Shown: piece after piece, positions 37,801 to 50,721 of the stretch
How positions within the stretch are numbered: position 1 is the stretch's first letter
Layout: every line of letters starts with the position of its first letter
From: Phaeosaccion multiseriatum
Lineage: Eukaryota; Protista; Ochrophyta, other classes
DNA: 64,000 nt
Direction of reading: 5' to 3'
Assembly (NCBI GenBank): GCA_965112735.1
Contig: OZ218961.1
Location: forward strand, 2,542,001 to 2,606,000
Position numbers and translations under genes: made by a program
Notes under the pieces: model-generated
What the model was told of the DNA's origin: nothing
The model's database searches: none
Seen by the model: the letters and a program-made list of their open reading frames with translations, nothing else

Positions 37801-40800
37801 TTTCTGCTTCTAATGGAGGTGGTTCAAGCCAGCTCGGCTCCGTCAGACGTATGCGGTTGAGAAAGACTTTGCCGACGGCTACCTGGCGTATCCTGATGCA
37901 TGCCTGCAGGATGTAGTAATACACAGACCTGTTGTGCGCCAACTTGTTGTCTAGCATGTCTTTGAAAACCACGATTGCGTCGTCAAGTTGACCTGTTGGT
38001 TGTTCATTCAAAGGTCAAGAAAAGGAGGGGGGAAGGGAGGAGGTTGCAGAAAAGGGCAAATCGAAGTGGAGGAGAGAGGGAGGGGGAGAAGTGAGTAGAG
38101 TGGGTGAGTGGGTGAGCGAGAGAGTGAGTGAGTGAGTGAGTGAGTGAGTGGGTGAAGTGTGCATGTGAGTGAGTGAGTGAGTGAGTGAGTGAGTGAGTGA
38201 GTGGGTGGGTGGGTGAGTGAGTGAGTGAGTGAGTGAGTGGGTGAGTGAGTGAGTAGGTGAGTGGGTGAGTGAGTGGGGACGTGAGTGAGTGGGTGAGTGT
38301 GTGAGTGAGTGTGAGTGAGTGAGTGAGTGAGTGAGTGAGTGAGTGAGTGAGTGAGTGAGTGAGTGAGTGAGTGAGTGAAGGGGTGAAAGAACAGCAAACC
38401 AAGATCGAAAGGAAAATGAGCTACAGGCAGAGAGGCAAGAGGCAGTAAGTGGACGGTCAAATGCCCGCAATATGTTTGAGTTTCAGGGTGGTTGGGTGGG
38501 ATGGCATTACTCACTCTCTCCCTCAACTCACCCATTCCGTCCCTACCTCCCTCCCTAACTCACCCACTCACTCACCCACTCACTCACCCACCCCCCCTCT
38601 CTCTCACTCCCTCACTCACTCACTCACTCACTCACCTCGCTTGGCGTGGCACCGAATCGCCTCAGTGTACACATACTCGTCGGGCACGAAGCCCTTCTCT
38701 AACAGCTCCTTTAACAGCACCACAGGCTCCTGAATGTCACTCACCGCAGACAGGTAAGTGCTCCTTGTAAGACCCAGCATGCTGCCTCCTCCCCCTCCTC
38801 CTCCTCCTCCTCCTCCTCCTCCTCCTCCTCCTCCTCCTCCTCCTGCTACCCCTCCTCCTCCTCCTCCCCCTCCTCCCCCCCCTTTCTTTTTCCCCCTCGG
38901 TCCCGAGCCTGGCGGTGCCACAGTCGCTCCCTGTGCCGCCTGCCTCGTCTCCGCTACAATGCCCCACCGTAAGTGTGTAGCCGCCGATTCGAGCAGCAAG
39001 AGGTCGGCCTCTTGGGTTTCCGGATCGGGGTTGTCTGTCTGCGCCATCTTGGCCGAACTGTGACTAGTCTGACTACCCTTACCCCTCTGACTTTCAGCCT
39101 GCTTCTTCTGCTGAGCCTGTCGTTGCCGCTGGCGTGCGGACGCTGACGTCTCTCCGGCCCCGCCGGCCTTCCCCTTCGTCTTCTCCTCTACCGCCTCACC
39201 ACCAACACCCGTATTCGTACCACCAACACGCCCACCAACACTGTTGTCGTCATCCCTCTCCCCATCCCCACCCCCCAACTTCACCGCCGTAGCCGCCGCG
39301 GGCGCAGAAGCAGCCACGAGCGCTTCCGGTCCCACCCCAGCAATCGCAGCTGCAATGTTCTCATCCCCGGTCGGATTGGGCACAGTCAGTCCGTCCTCCT
39401 TCATATGGGCGATGACTTCACACATGGCCTCGAAGCGCCGGTCCTTGGCAGCACTGGCCAGCACCAACTCGTAGGTGGCTGCGGAGGGGCGGAGTTCGCT
39501 GCGCCTGAGCATGCGGCCGAGCATGGTGAAGGCCCTGGCGCCGTTGTTGCCGAGGACGCACGCTGTTGTGCGGGGAGTACCAAGCAATTAGTCAAACAAT
39601 CAGTCAGTCAGTCAGTCAATCAGTCAGTTAGTCAGTCAGTCAGTCAGTCAATCAACCAATCAATCCATCAATCCATTAATTAATCAGTCAACCCGCCAAA
39701 CAATAAACAATCAATCAATCAATCAATCAGTCAGTCGGTCAATCAATCAGTCAGTCAGTCAGTCAGTCAGTCAGTCAGTCAATCAACCAATCAACCCATC
39801 AATTAATCAGTCAAACCGTCAACCAATAAACAATCAATCAATCAATCAATCAATCAGTCAGTCAGTCAGTCAGTCAGTCAGTCAGTCAGTCAATCAATCC
39901 CGCGGACAGCCACACGTCGATCGCCGTCCGTTCAGCGAGTCATAATTCGGTCAGGAAGAAGAACGACGGCAGGGGCGGGAGGGAAAGGGCAGAGGTGAAG
40001 GGGGGGGTAAGATCATCTGTAGAGCGGCAGTTGGCACCAGAGGGCAGATGGCATCAGATGGCAGAGCACAGTACAGCAGGCGGGGGGCAGCAGGGATCGC
40101 CTCTTGCAAGAAGGGGGAGAGGAGAGGAAAGCACACAGTTTTCAGTTTTCAGTTCACGTGACCCTATCAGTATCGAACACCATAAATGGAGTCGTTATCG
40201 AAGCATACACCCTTCCACACCACAAAGAAAGGGAGCGAACATAACCATAAACGTAAACAGCCCCCCCCCACCCCCCCACCGTTACAGCGAAACCATCACC
40301 GCGAAACCGTAGCAGCGAAACCGTAACTGCGAACGTACCCTTGATGACAGGGTAGTAGGAAGAGGCCTTGTGAACCCCCCCCCCCCTCCTCATCCTTGAC
40401 ACAATATGGTTAGCGTCCTCGTACTCTCCAGCCCCGAGGCATGTTTGAATGCCCTCCAGATAGTGATCTTCCTGTGGCCACACACGCCGCACCCGCATCT
40501 CCTCCAGCCACTTGTTGACCTGCCGTACATTGCCATTCGCACGGCCCACTCGTAGCGCAGCAAGGTATGTACCATATCCTGGGGCGAGCATGGGCGGCGC
40601 CCCGTCGTCGTCGTCCTCCTCCTCCTCCTCCTCCTCCTCCTCCTCCTCCTCCTCCTCCTCCTTTGCCTCCTGCTGCTGCTCCTCCCGCCCCCCCCCCCCC
40701 TTTGAATCTGCCTCGTGGTCCACTGCAGCTACGCTGCGTTTCTTCTCCTTCTCCTCTTGCTTCTTTCGTTTCCTCATGGCATCAAACTGACTCTTTTCTT

Positions 40801-42133
40801 CCGCCATCACTTCAAGCACGCGCTTGACCCGAGCCACCCGGAGCAGTCCCTGCAAGTGCATGAGAGGGGTGACGACGGCAGCAGCTTCATAACCATCACC
40901 ATCACCATCACCCTCCGCTGCAGCAGTTGATGATACAGCACGAGAAGCATCGTCTCTACTTTCAGCATCCTCAGCAATGCCTCCCACGGCGAGAATGGCG
41001 GCGACATACACCGCTTCGACCGCCTCTGCCCCCATCTGCTCGTTTGCTGCCATCCTCCCCACCTTCTGGAGGAGTACCTTGATATCGGGCACGAGGATGG
41101 GCGGGAAACCCCGTAGATCAATCCATCCATGGTCGTCAACCCCATACTCCTCATCGTCTTCCCGCTTCCACTCCACCAGCTCAAACACCGCGGAATGATC
41201 TTGCTGATCCAGAGCGCCTGTTGCCAGGAGCTCTCTCTCCTTGGCCAGATGTTGCTCCAACCCTTTCTCTAATTGCTGCCCGATGATTCGTATCTCAGCG
41301 ACTATGTCCTTCTCCTCTGTGCTGGGCCTCCGGTCGGGGTTTGGTCGTCTGAAGGGGCTGCCATTGCTGCTCTTGCGTGCACTACGGTTTGCTTTGCTGC
41401 CGCCCCCTTCCTGCCTCTTGCTATTACTATTGTTGCTGTTCCCACTCCTCGCAGGCCTGCCAGCGCTGTTCCGTCGCCTGCTGCTCTTGCGCACATTGCT
41501 TCTCGTGCTGACCTTTGGAACCTCCACCGCCACGAAAGGACTCCTTTTATCCCTCCTCCTATTGCTGGTATTACGATCAGAGGGGCCTGTCTTCGTGTTG
41601 CCGACCGCCTTCCCTTCATCTGCTGGCTCTGCTGCTGCTTCTGCTGCGGCGATCACTGCCGTCACACCCACCCTAGACTTGGCATCCAATCGCTGTCGTC
41701 TTTGACGTACTTCCTTTCGATGATTGAACGGTGCTTGCCTCAGCCCCCGGGCCAATGCGCAAGGCAATGACGGCAACAACCCACTACAATAGTCTCTGTC
41801 CGATGGTTCCGCTGCCAAGCTTGGGGAGGACGAGAAGAACAAGGGGTTGTGTGGTGGGTGTGTGGGGGACGCAAGGAAGGCGAGAGGCGAGGCGGGCTCG
41901 CGGGCCCTGCCTCTCTTCCTCGTTCTGCCACGGCTCTTGCCATGAATGAGGAAAGCCCTGCTGTCGACCCCATCATGTTTCGGCCGCGGCCTCAACCCAT
42001 CCTTCGCTCCCCTTCTTCCTCCTCCTCCTCCTCCCCCTCCTCCTGCGGCTGCTCCTGTTGCTACGGCTGCTGCTGCTATTGCTGTTGCTGATGCTACCAG
42101 CAGCAGCAGGGCAGTGGTGGATGGTGAGCGCAT
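34851..42133 (-). CDS. Large pentatricopeptide-repeat (PPR) protein with signal peptide, probably plastid-targeted. Exons ~42133-40339, 39562-38636, 37992-37524, 36998-36842, 36423-36322, 36020-34851
   Basis: Recurrent PPR-like 35-aa units: TYLAALRVGRANGNVRQVNKWLEEMRVRRVWPQEDHY; MLRRSELRPSAATYELVL; LLEKGFVPDEYVYTEAIRCHAKR|GQLDDAIVVFKDM; MLNAGFNPTTETFEAVV; MLDAGMEPS. N-terminus MRSPSTTALLLLVASATA. All hand-derived junctions keep the frame. Confidence 0.85.
37038..37395 (+). repeat. (TAGGG)n pentamer array in a PPR intron
   Basis: Direct reading; G-run rich. Confidence 0.9.
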
Positions 42134-42305
42134 GGATAAGTCGCCCACCCTCACGCTACACACCCAGCCTCTCTCCCTACGAGCGCCGTCGTGTCCGGGA
42201 GGGCGAGGGCAATTACATTGAGCGGGGGGGGCACAAAATTTCAGTTTCTCTCTCCTGTTTTTGACAAACCTTATAATATTTATAACCCTTACCTCCCTTT
42301 TCCCT

Positions 42306-42555
42306 GCCTGCTCGCGGATAGGGGGCGGCGGTCCCTTTGTCTCCAACTCTCCGCTCCCGTAGACGGTCATCCAGGGAATCTTCTCCTCCTTCGCAGACTG
42401 AAGCAGCAATTTTGCCTCCTCCACCGCCGCCTCCTCGTACCGGAGGCAAAATTGCTGCTTCAGTCTGCAAAGGACGAAGGGATTCCCTGGACGACTGTCT
42501 ACGGCAGCGGGGAGTTGGAGACAATGGGACCGCCGCCCCCTATCCGCGAGCAGGC
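42306..42555. other. Long fold-back: 114-bp inverted arms (42306-42419 / 42442-42555) with a 22-nt loop; candidate hairpin-RNA/miRNA locus
   Basis: Arms align without indels, with about 10 mismatches (counted by eye). Confidence 0.9.
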
Positions 42556-42727
42556 TCATGTAGCATTTGCGGCTCATCTCTACTCCTTCATCACTCAAGG
42601 GAGACGAGACCGCTGTGTTCTGGTAAGTGGCTGAGGGAGAAGGGAGGAGGATGGAGGAGAGAGGGAGCCCCCGCTCTTGTATATCACCAGGGACAGATGA
42701 GGCTTACAATGGAATGCCCCCCTCCAA

Positions 42728-42981
42728 TCGGCTCCAGGCGAGGTTTCTCGGGCTTTAGGCTTCTGGGCCGTAGCCCCCTCCAGGCTTCGGGCTTCTGGCC
42801 GCAGGCCAGTAGCCAGGCTTCAGGCTTCGCAGGCTGGGAGAAAAATGGGGGACTTGGCAGGCTTTTCGCTACTTTCTGCAGGCTTCTGGCCGCAGGCCAG
42901 CCGCAGGCTTCTTACTTTCGGCCGCAGGGCGCCGCAAGCTTCTGCTTTATCGGGGGCCCGAGAAACCTCGCCTGGAGCCGA
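42728..42981. mobile_element. MITE, 254 bp, 26-bp perfect TIRs, 6-bp flanking direct repeat CTCCAA
   Basis: TCGGCTCCAGGCGAGGTTTCTCGGGC (42728-42753) is the reverse complement of 42956-42981. CTCCAA occurs at 42722-42727 and 42982-42987. Internal (C)AGGCTT subrepeats. Confidence 0.85.
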
Positions 42982-43385
42982 CTCCAATGTAGCACCCAAT
43001 TACAAAAAGAAAGGAGGCAGTCGTGGGGGTGAAGGAAGGGGGGTAAGTAAAGAGAGACCGGACCGGAATAGTTTGTCGTAGCGAGGCTCTGGCATTCGTT
43101 AACAACACACTCGGAGGGGATGTGGGAGGCATATGGGATGGTGGGGTGGGACGCGTGTGTCACACCCCCACACCCACTACCACAGCACATAACTTTTCTT
43201 AAGTGCCTGCCACGTACGCTCCCAAGCTCAAGTGGTACCGCTGACAACGGCCCCAGTCGATCCCAACGTGCCCTTTTGTCCCACCCTTCCGCCCTCCCTC
43301 CCACCCCACTCCCCCCGACCCGCCTTCGACATCACATCCAGCAACAGGGAGGGAAGGTCGTACCAGCAGCACAGCAGAGCTTAGC

Positions 43386-43929
43386 TTAGAGGCCAAGCTT
43401 GGTGCGCCTCCAGTGCCGGCGCTTGGCGTTGTAGCTGACAAGGGGAGGACGAGGAAGGTGAAGGGTGGAGGGTGAAGGATGGATGGAAGGAAAGCGAGGG
43501 GAAGGGAGGAGCAAGCGGAGAGAACAGACTTAGAGTGGTTGTTCGGTTCTTCTGCCTGCCTTGAATCAATGAGCACAGGCAACAAAAAGTCAAAGGTCAA
43601 AACGCTCAGGCCGGACGGTGGGTGCGTAGAGCGAAGACATGCACACGCACACACAACACGCAAACGCAAACGCCTTGCTCGTCGAGCAATTATCAGCAAT
43701 AACGACAGTAGTACAGCAGTTACAACAGTAGTAAATAATAAATAAGAAGAAGAAAAAAACACGCAGGGCTTTGAGTGAGATACAGGCACTTGAGATAGAT
43801 GTCGCCAGGGGTGACTGTGACTCACCCAATCTTGTTGTCCGTGCGCATTCGGACCCAGTGGGGGATGGGCCTGTTCTGCTTCATCTTCTTCGCAAGCGTC
43901 CGCTTAGTGCGGAATGTCTTTTGGGAGGG
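43386..43929 (-). CDS. RPL39: 60S ribosomal protein L39 (eL39). Exons 43929-43826 and 43434-43386; the ATG-bearing first exon upstream is not firmly placed
   Basis: [35 protein letters not shown]|[15 protein letters not shown] is the eL39 sequence. Absent from the ORF track. Confidence 0.95.
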
Positions 43930-46528
43930 CTACAAGTGACAAGGCGTAGAAGGATGGATTGAGAGCATAGTTATGGATGGGGAGGAGAAGGAGAGGGAGG
44001 GAGGAAGACATTGGGAAGGAGAGAGAGAGGGGAGACAAAGAGAGAGAAAGAAACGCGAAGAAGGCGTGGGAAGGGGGCAGAGAGCAAAGGGTAGGGGGCG
44101 GGGTGAATGAGTGTATCGCCATTGCTGAGGATAACCAGGGGGGTGGGGTCAGACACGTGAGAAAGAGTGTAACGGTGGGCCCGCAGCAATGTCTTCTCGA
44201 GGCCGCTGATCGTGCTACTCTGCCGGAGAGGATGCCTTCACTCTCTCTCTCTCTGTGCCTGCGCCTTTCTGTTGGTCTCTCTTCCTTCCTCTTCCCTTCT
44301 CCGAAACGCGCTCTCCTCCTAGCATGCCTGCCTCAATGGATCGCCTGCAGCGTCTTTGAGACTAGTTCTCCCCTCTGTCACCCTTCGAAGCGGACATGCG
44401 TCAAGTTTCAAGCACCATCACGCCTCTCGAACGCATGCAAGCTCCGCCTGCCTTCGCCTGCCTCGGTGCAGCCATGTACGACCCTGCGGCCTCAGCACGT
44501 TTGTAGTGCCCAATTAAGGTGGTTTAACTCCAACCTCGTCAGCCCCCCCCCACCTCCCAGTGTTGTGTGTGCCTCTGCAAAATAGTCGAGTCGTCTGGAG
44601 ACTTGCCCAACCCCGCTCTCTCTCTTCCCACAGGCTGCACCCCCCAATCCAATCAAGTGAGACGCTGAAGAGGGCCGCGCATCGGGTGAGCAACCAGCCA
44701 CGGTAATAGATCTGACGACCCCACCACAGCAGAAGAAATGCATGCGGCAACCATTCCCAGCAGCAAGACCCAGCACATCAATTGGGGGGAGGAGCTGCTG
44801 CTGGACGAGGATCACACGATGAGTCGCCCCTCGGTCGGCGCCCTCCCTTCCCTCTGCTGAGCAATCACCCCCCTCCCTCCCGAAGATGTATCCTCTCGGT
44901 CCGCCGTACCGCCTCGGAGGTATCACATAACCCAGTCAGCCTTCCCTTCTGCCCTGGGATCGCCTCCTCAGCACTCCCATTTGCAGCGATGAAAACAAGT
45001 TTGGAAAAAAGCATAGCAACCACCACACGAAACGAAACAAGCACTAGCACATGGTGCATCCACGCGTTTCACAGCACCCTCACTCTCATCTTACCATCCT
45101 TGCAACACGGGTGCGAAGCTCTCACTACTATTGAATGCCTCCCCTCCCCCCCCCACAGCTGAAAACCCAGGGGGGCAAGGCCTGCCCCGGGGGGGCTTAA
45201 TTGCGCTCACTGTGGGGGGGCAGAACTAACGAGGAGGAGGAGTGAGAGAGAGAGGAGCGCAGAAGGAGGGAGAAAAGCATAGGAGGGAGGGAGGAGGAGG
45301 AGGAGGAGGAGGAGGAGGAGGAGAAGAAGAAGAAGCAGGCGGGAAAGCGACAGAGGAAAAGACCCGCTTGCTGTATCGTACTGGAGGAGAGCAGCAAGCT
45401 CTGTTGCCTTGAACGGGAGGGGGAAGGGGAGACAGAAGCAGCAAGGGGGCAGCACAAGCAGGAGTGGCACAGGGGGGAAGTGGGTTTGCCTCCTGGCCGG
45501 AGGCAGGGAGGAGAGCTTCGGGCCAGAGGCCGCTGTTGTCCTTCTCTGCTGTCCCTCATCCAGGACGATGTATACGTGAGGGAAGGAGGCGCGTGCCAAA
45601 GTCTTCGGCAGCTGCAGCTAAGCAGCTGCAGTAAAGGTACGATCGTGCGTCTGCGGGAAGGCTTGAATTGTGTGGCTGCACACAAAGGTGCTGATCAGGA
45701 AGGAGAGAGGAATTGCGAGAGCCCGGAGGTGTTGCTATTTTCCCTCCAGCCATGCGGTCTGCCCGCTTGTAGGCGCAGGCTGCAGTCGCCTGTCGGTGTG
45801 TATGTTGTGTGTTGCTGCCGAGACCGTCGTACCACGCTGCCCCGTCTGTGCTTTGTCTCTTGTGCTGTGCAAACTACTTTCCATGTGCCGCCAAGCCCCG
45901 CACGTGTGCCCCTCTTTCGCGCAATGTTGACGACTCAAATATTTGTTCAATTCACCACAGAGGGAGCACCAAAGCGAAGGAGCAGAGTAGCACACTTCGT
46001 CGGGATTACTTCTCCCCGCCCTGCCCTTGGGGGGTGAGGAGGGGAGGCCGGTCGGACAAGCCTGGTGGGGAAGGGTGGATGTATGTTTCCTAAGCTCTGA
46101 AGAGAGGGCACACACACACAGAGAGAGAGAGAGAAAGACGTGCCTCTAGCTGCCGGTGGAGTCGGTATCGCCAGTGAGTTGGCTGTACAGCGAGCTCGGG
46201 GCGAGTGTTTTTTATGCCCACGCTCTGTAGCCTCAGTGTGTGAGTCGTAGTCTGCTTTGGGTGGACGCAACGCCCTCCAAAACGAACACACAACAGCACT
46301 CCCCGATCTCGATCCATTGGAGGGACTCCATCCATTGGAGGGAGGGACAAGACGGACCCTACGACTAACAGAGCTTGTCCCCTGCCATTTACACCGAGTC
46401 ACGGTGTGCCAGTCCTCGGCAACCACGGAAGTTTCAGTGTATCGTTCGGGGGTTGGCACTTGTGAGAGAGTGTGGCAGCAGCAGTTGGTGCAGCAGTTGG
46501 TGATACAGGTGGTCAGTCACCTCAGAGC

Positions 46529-49500
46529 ATGGCCAGCAGCAGCCCAGGAGGGCAAGACGTTAAGGTGGAGAATGGACAGCCAGTGGGGGTCGTCACCGCC
46601 GCCGCCGCGTCAGGTACGCGCGTGTGGAGGGAGTGGGAGTGGATAGAAGTGGATGGTAGTGGATGGTAGTGGATGGCAGTAGATGGCGGTGCGTGAGGAT
46701 AAAAAGAGGAGGAGCATGGGATCTCCTTTTGGCGCGCTTCCTCTCGCAAGTCAGCGAACTCGGCCCATTAGAGGAGGAGGAGGAGGGGGACGGGGACGGG
46801 GGGGGGGGGGTATGGCTGATTGGACGCCGCCAGGCTTTATTCGAGGGTACCGCCAAGTCAGCTTTTCTTTTGTGCATTGCCAACTCTCGATTTTCTTCGT
46901 CGCTCGCTCGCTTACTCACACACTCACTCTCTCACTCACTCACCCCCTTACCCACTCACGCACTCACTCACTCACTCACTTAGACTCGCCCCACACTCCA
47001 ACCTCCTGCTTTGTGCTCTGCTGTGCTCCGATCGATGTCAATGGCCTTGTTGCAGTGCCGACACAAATGGCGACGCCGGGAGGAGCAGCTTTCCAGGGGG
47101 GGGTAGGGGCACCGCCAGTATCGGCCGCAGCAACAGCAGCAGGAGCGGCACCAGCAGCAGCAGCTGTGAAAAGAGAAGCAGTTGCTCCAGGCATCGTCCC
47201 TGCTGGTGCCGCTCCTGGTCAGATGCAGATGATGCCGCAGCAGACGGGGGCGGTGCGAAAGAACCCCCCGTCGCTCCGTGTGCGATATCATTACATTCTT
47301 GAGGAGCTGTCCAAAGGGCTGCACTCAGAGTCCAAGCCGGCGGAGAATGTGGAGAAGGTCAAGACCATTTACAATAACGTTCTTGCTTGCCTCCGAGTGG
47401 ACAAGGATCGGCCGGCTTTGGAGGTGTTGAAGGAGGAATCGCTCAAGTACGTATGAGCACGTAATAATGAGTACGTGATGAGGGCGTGAGGAGTAGGGAT
47501 GGGGGGCGGGAGGGAGGTGGGAATGGGCTGGAGGAAAGGAGAGGAGAGGAGGGGAGGGGGGGGGGGGCAAGAAGAGGGAGGACCCCAGGTGGCTTTCTTC
47601 TTTCACACTCATAGTCAACGCCTCTCTCTCTCCCCTCCTCTTCCCCTCTCTCTCTCCCCTCCTCTTCCCCTCTTCCCTCCGCCCCTCCCCTCTCTCCCTC
47701 CCCTCCTCTTCCCCTCTCTCCCCTCCTCTTCCCCTCTCTCCCCTCTCTCCCTCCCCTCCTCTTCCCCTCTCTCCCCTCTCTCCCTCCCCTCCTCTTCCCC
47801 TCCCTCCCCTCTCTTCCCTCCCCTCCTCTTCCCCTCTCTCCTCTCTCTCCCTCCCCTCCTCTTCCCCTCCCTCCCCTCTCTCCCTCCCCTCCTCTTCCCC
47901 TCCCTCCCCTCTCTCCCTCCCCTCCTCTTCCCCTCCCTCCCCTCTCTCCCTCCCCTCCTCTTCCCCTCTCTCCCTCCCCTCCTCTTCCCCTCTCTCCCCT
48001 CTCTCCCTCCCCTCCTCTTCCCCTCCCTCCCCTCTCTCCCCTCTCTCCCTCCCCTCCTCTTCCCCTCCCTCCCCTCTCTTCCCTCCCCTCCTCCTCCCTC
48101 CCCTCCCCTCCTCTTCCCCTCTCTCCCCTCTCTCCCTCCCCTCCTCTTCCCCTCCCTCCCCTCTCTCCCCTCCCCTCCCTCCCCTCCTCTTCCCCTCTCT
48201 CCCCTCTCTCCCTCCCCTCCTCTTCCCCTCCCTCCCCCCTCTCCCCTCCCCTCCCTCCCCTCTCTCCCACAGGTTCTTCTCTGCAGAACGCTTCGAGGAA
48301 GTGATGCAGTCCATGACCCCTGAGGTCATTGAGTCTTTCTTGAAGAAGAAGGAGGAGAGCAAGAAGCGGAGAGAGGAGGCCAAGGCAGCTCAGCTCCTTG
48401 CCCGCCAGCATCAGGTTCATCAGCAGCAGTTGGCGTTGCAGCAGCAGGTACGATACAAGATGGAGAACAAGAGTGTTGTGCGTCGGAGGGTGGGAGTGGG
48501 AGTAGAGTAGCTCAGAGTAGCTCAGAGTTGCTCGCTCTCGCTCTGTGTATGTGTGTGTGTGTGTCAAAACAAACAAACAAAGGTGACACCCTTCCTTCAC
48601 CTATCATCTGTCATGCCCCCCCCGCGCCTCACGCGCCCTTTCCTTCACTCACCACCCCAACCCCCCCAAAACACATGCCAGACTGCTGGTCTGGGAGGAG
48701 CGGGGACACCAGCATTGGCTTCGGACGGGAATCACGTTGGTGCAAACCACAGAGGAGGTACCACCGGCTCCGCTGGTATCGCGTTCAAACCCAATGTTGC
48801 ACATACCACCAATTTTCCTACTGGCACAAGTCAGCAGCTGGTGACGTCACAGCAAGACCAACAGCAGCAGTTGCGACAGCAACAGGTGCAGGAGCTTTTG
48901 CGGCAGAGGCAGGTAGCGAACGAACGGGCGGCGGCAGCAAAGCCGGTGGCCAAGCCTTTCCCGCCCCCTGTCAATGTGGTCCGACGGCCGCCCCCAGTGA
49001 AGGTGAGAGATACCGCGGCCTTGAATGAACGATACAGCAGAGCAAGAGGGAGGGAGGGATGAACTGGATGAGCTTGGCCTAACTCGCCTCTGGGCTCTCC
49101 TTGTAGACTCACCCTCCTGCTCGGTCAAGCTCCTCCCCTTGGGTGCCGTCAGTACCTTCGCCCCCCCCCCGCTCTCGTCTTGACAAATGTCGTTACCAAC
49201 AACCCATGCAGCACACCTTTCGCGTGCCGTGCCAGGGTATTGCCGGGGTATTTTTTTTGGTGTCTACACTTTGCTCCTCCTCTTCCTCCTCCTCCTTCTC
49301 CTCCTCTTCCTCCTCCTCCTCCTCCTCCTCCTCCTCCTCTTCCTCTTCCTCTTCCTCCTCCTCCTCCTCCTCCTCCTCCTCCTTGCCCTCATAGCTTTCC
49401 ACTTGCCCCTTCCAACCCCCGTTCTCCCCCACTCGCTCTTCATGACTCTCCTTCCCAACTTCCTTAGACCTACGCCTTGAACGATAAGTACGGCATGATC

Positions 49501-50690
49501 AAATCCAATTGGGAAGATGACGACGAGGTGCTGATCCCTCTCGACGATCGCGTTGCGGAGGGGGAAAGGTTGCAGCAGATTCCCAACGCCGCCGCCGCCG
49601 CTGCTGCTGCTGTGGCTGCTGAGCAGGAACCTCCGAAGGTTCCCCAATTCAAGGACAAAGGGAAGCACAGGGGGGAGCGGGTGGCCTGGTGGAATCGAGT
49701 GTGGCCAAAGCTCAAGGCCGCAGCCGAGCGAGAAGAGGTGGATTTTCTATACCCTCAGGAGAGAGCTGGGGGCGCGCCTCCTGTCATCGATGTGGAGGCG
49801 GCAGGGGGAGGTGGGGGCGTGGCAGGAGGGAGCAGCAGAGGAGGTGCTCTGGGGTCGGTGAACTGTGAGATTGTTAGTCAGGCGGTGCAGCAGTATGTCA
49901 AGGCGGCGATGGAGTGTATGGTGCGTGCGTCAGCGCAGTGGAGGGGCAGTGTGGTGGAGGGATTAATAGAGGAGCTTGAAGATAAGGTAGCGAAAGTGCC
50001 GCCAGCCGTAAATGGCGGCGGCGGTGCGGTTATTGCGGGGGCGGGTTTAGGTGTAGGTGTTGGTGGTACGAGTATGGGAAGTGGTACGGGTGGTAGTGGT
50101 AGCAAAGGAGCTGCGGCTCAGGTCTTGGAGGCCGGGCTCGGGTTCAAGTTAGGGAAGGAGGGGAGTTGGGAAGAGGACCCAAAGGCGGCGTTGGAGCTCG
50201 AAGCTGTGCTGCATGAGAAGGACTGCCTCGCGAGGGAGGCGGGGTGGCAGGCGGGTATGCTGGAGGATGTGACGGTTACAGAAGAAGAGCGCAAGAAGAG
50301 CGCCAAGAAGGCGAAGGATCAGGACAACGAGGACTGGTGGGAGACTCTAATCCACCAGACAGATGGCGACAGCGGCTTGGGTTGGACCGATATTGCCTTC
50401 GCGCAGCTGAAGCGGAGGGTGGCGGAGGAGAATGAGGTGAGAGGGGATGGGGTGGGGTGAGAAAGGAGAAAGAGGGGCTGAGCTGAGGAGGTGTTTGGTG
50501 TGGTACCGGACATGTGGGGGAGGGGGGGGGGGGGGACAGAGGTAGGTAGGTGCAGGGAGAAGGTGTCATGGTGATGAGTGGCGGGGTGTTTCCGGGTAGA
50601 GAGGGTGGAGGCGTGTGCCCTTGTTGAGCAGGGGTGGGGTGGTGCAGGACGGGAGTGTAGAGAGACAAGGACGAGTAGGCATGGGGCAGG

Positions 50691-50721
<31 letters not shown>

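Noticed and set aside
40154-42598. 814-aa ORF taken at face value as the PPR N-terminus
   Set aside because: It starts at a non-ATG codon and runs through the fold-back. A signal-peptide start at 42133 and a donor at 40338 fit better, though upstream initiation is not excluded.
44200-46450. Assorted short ORFs between RPL39 and the TAF4-like gene (similarly 11600-13000, 18700-19900, 23400-24700)
   Set aside because: No recognisable domains or consistent splice pattern; treated as UTR/intergenic DNA.
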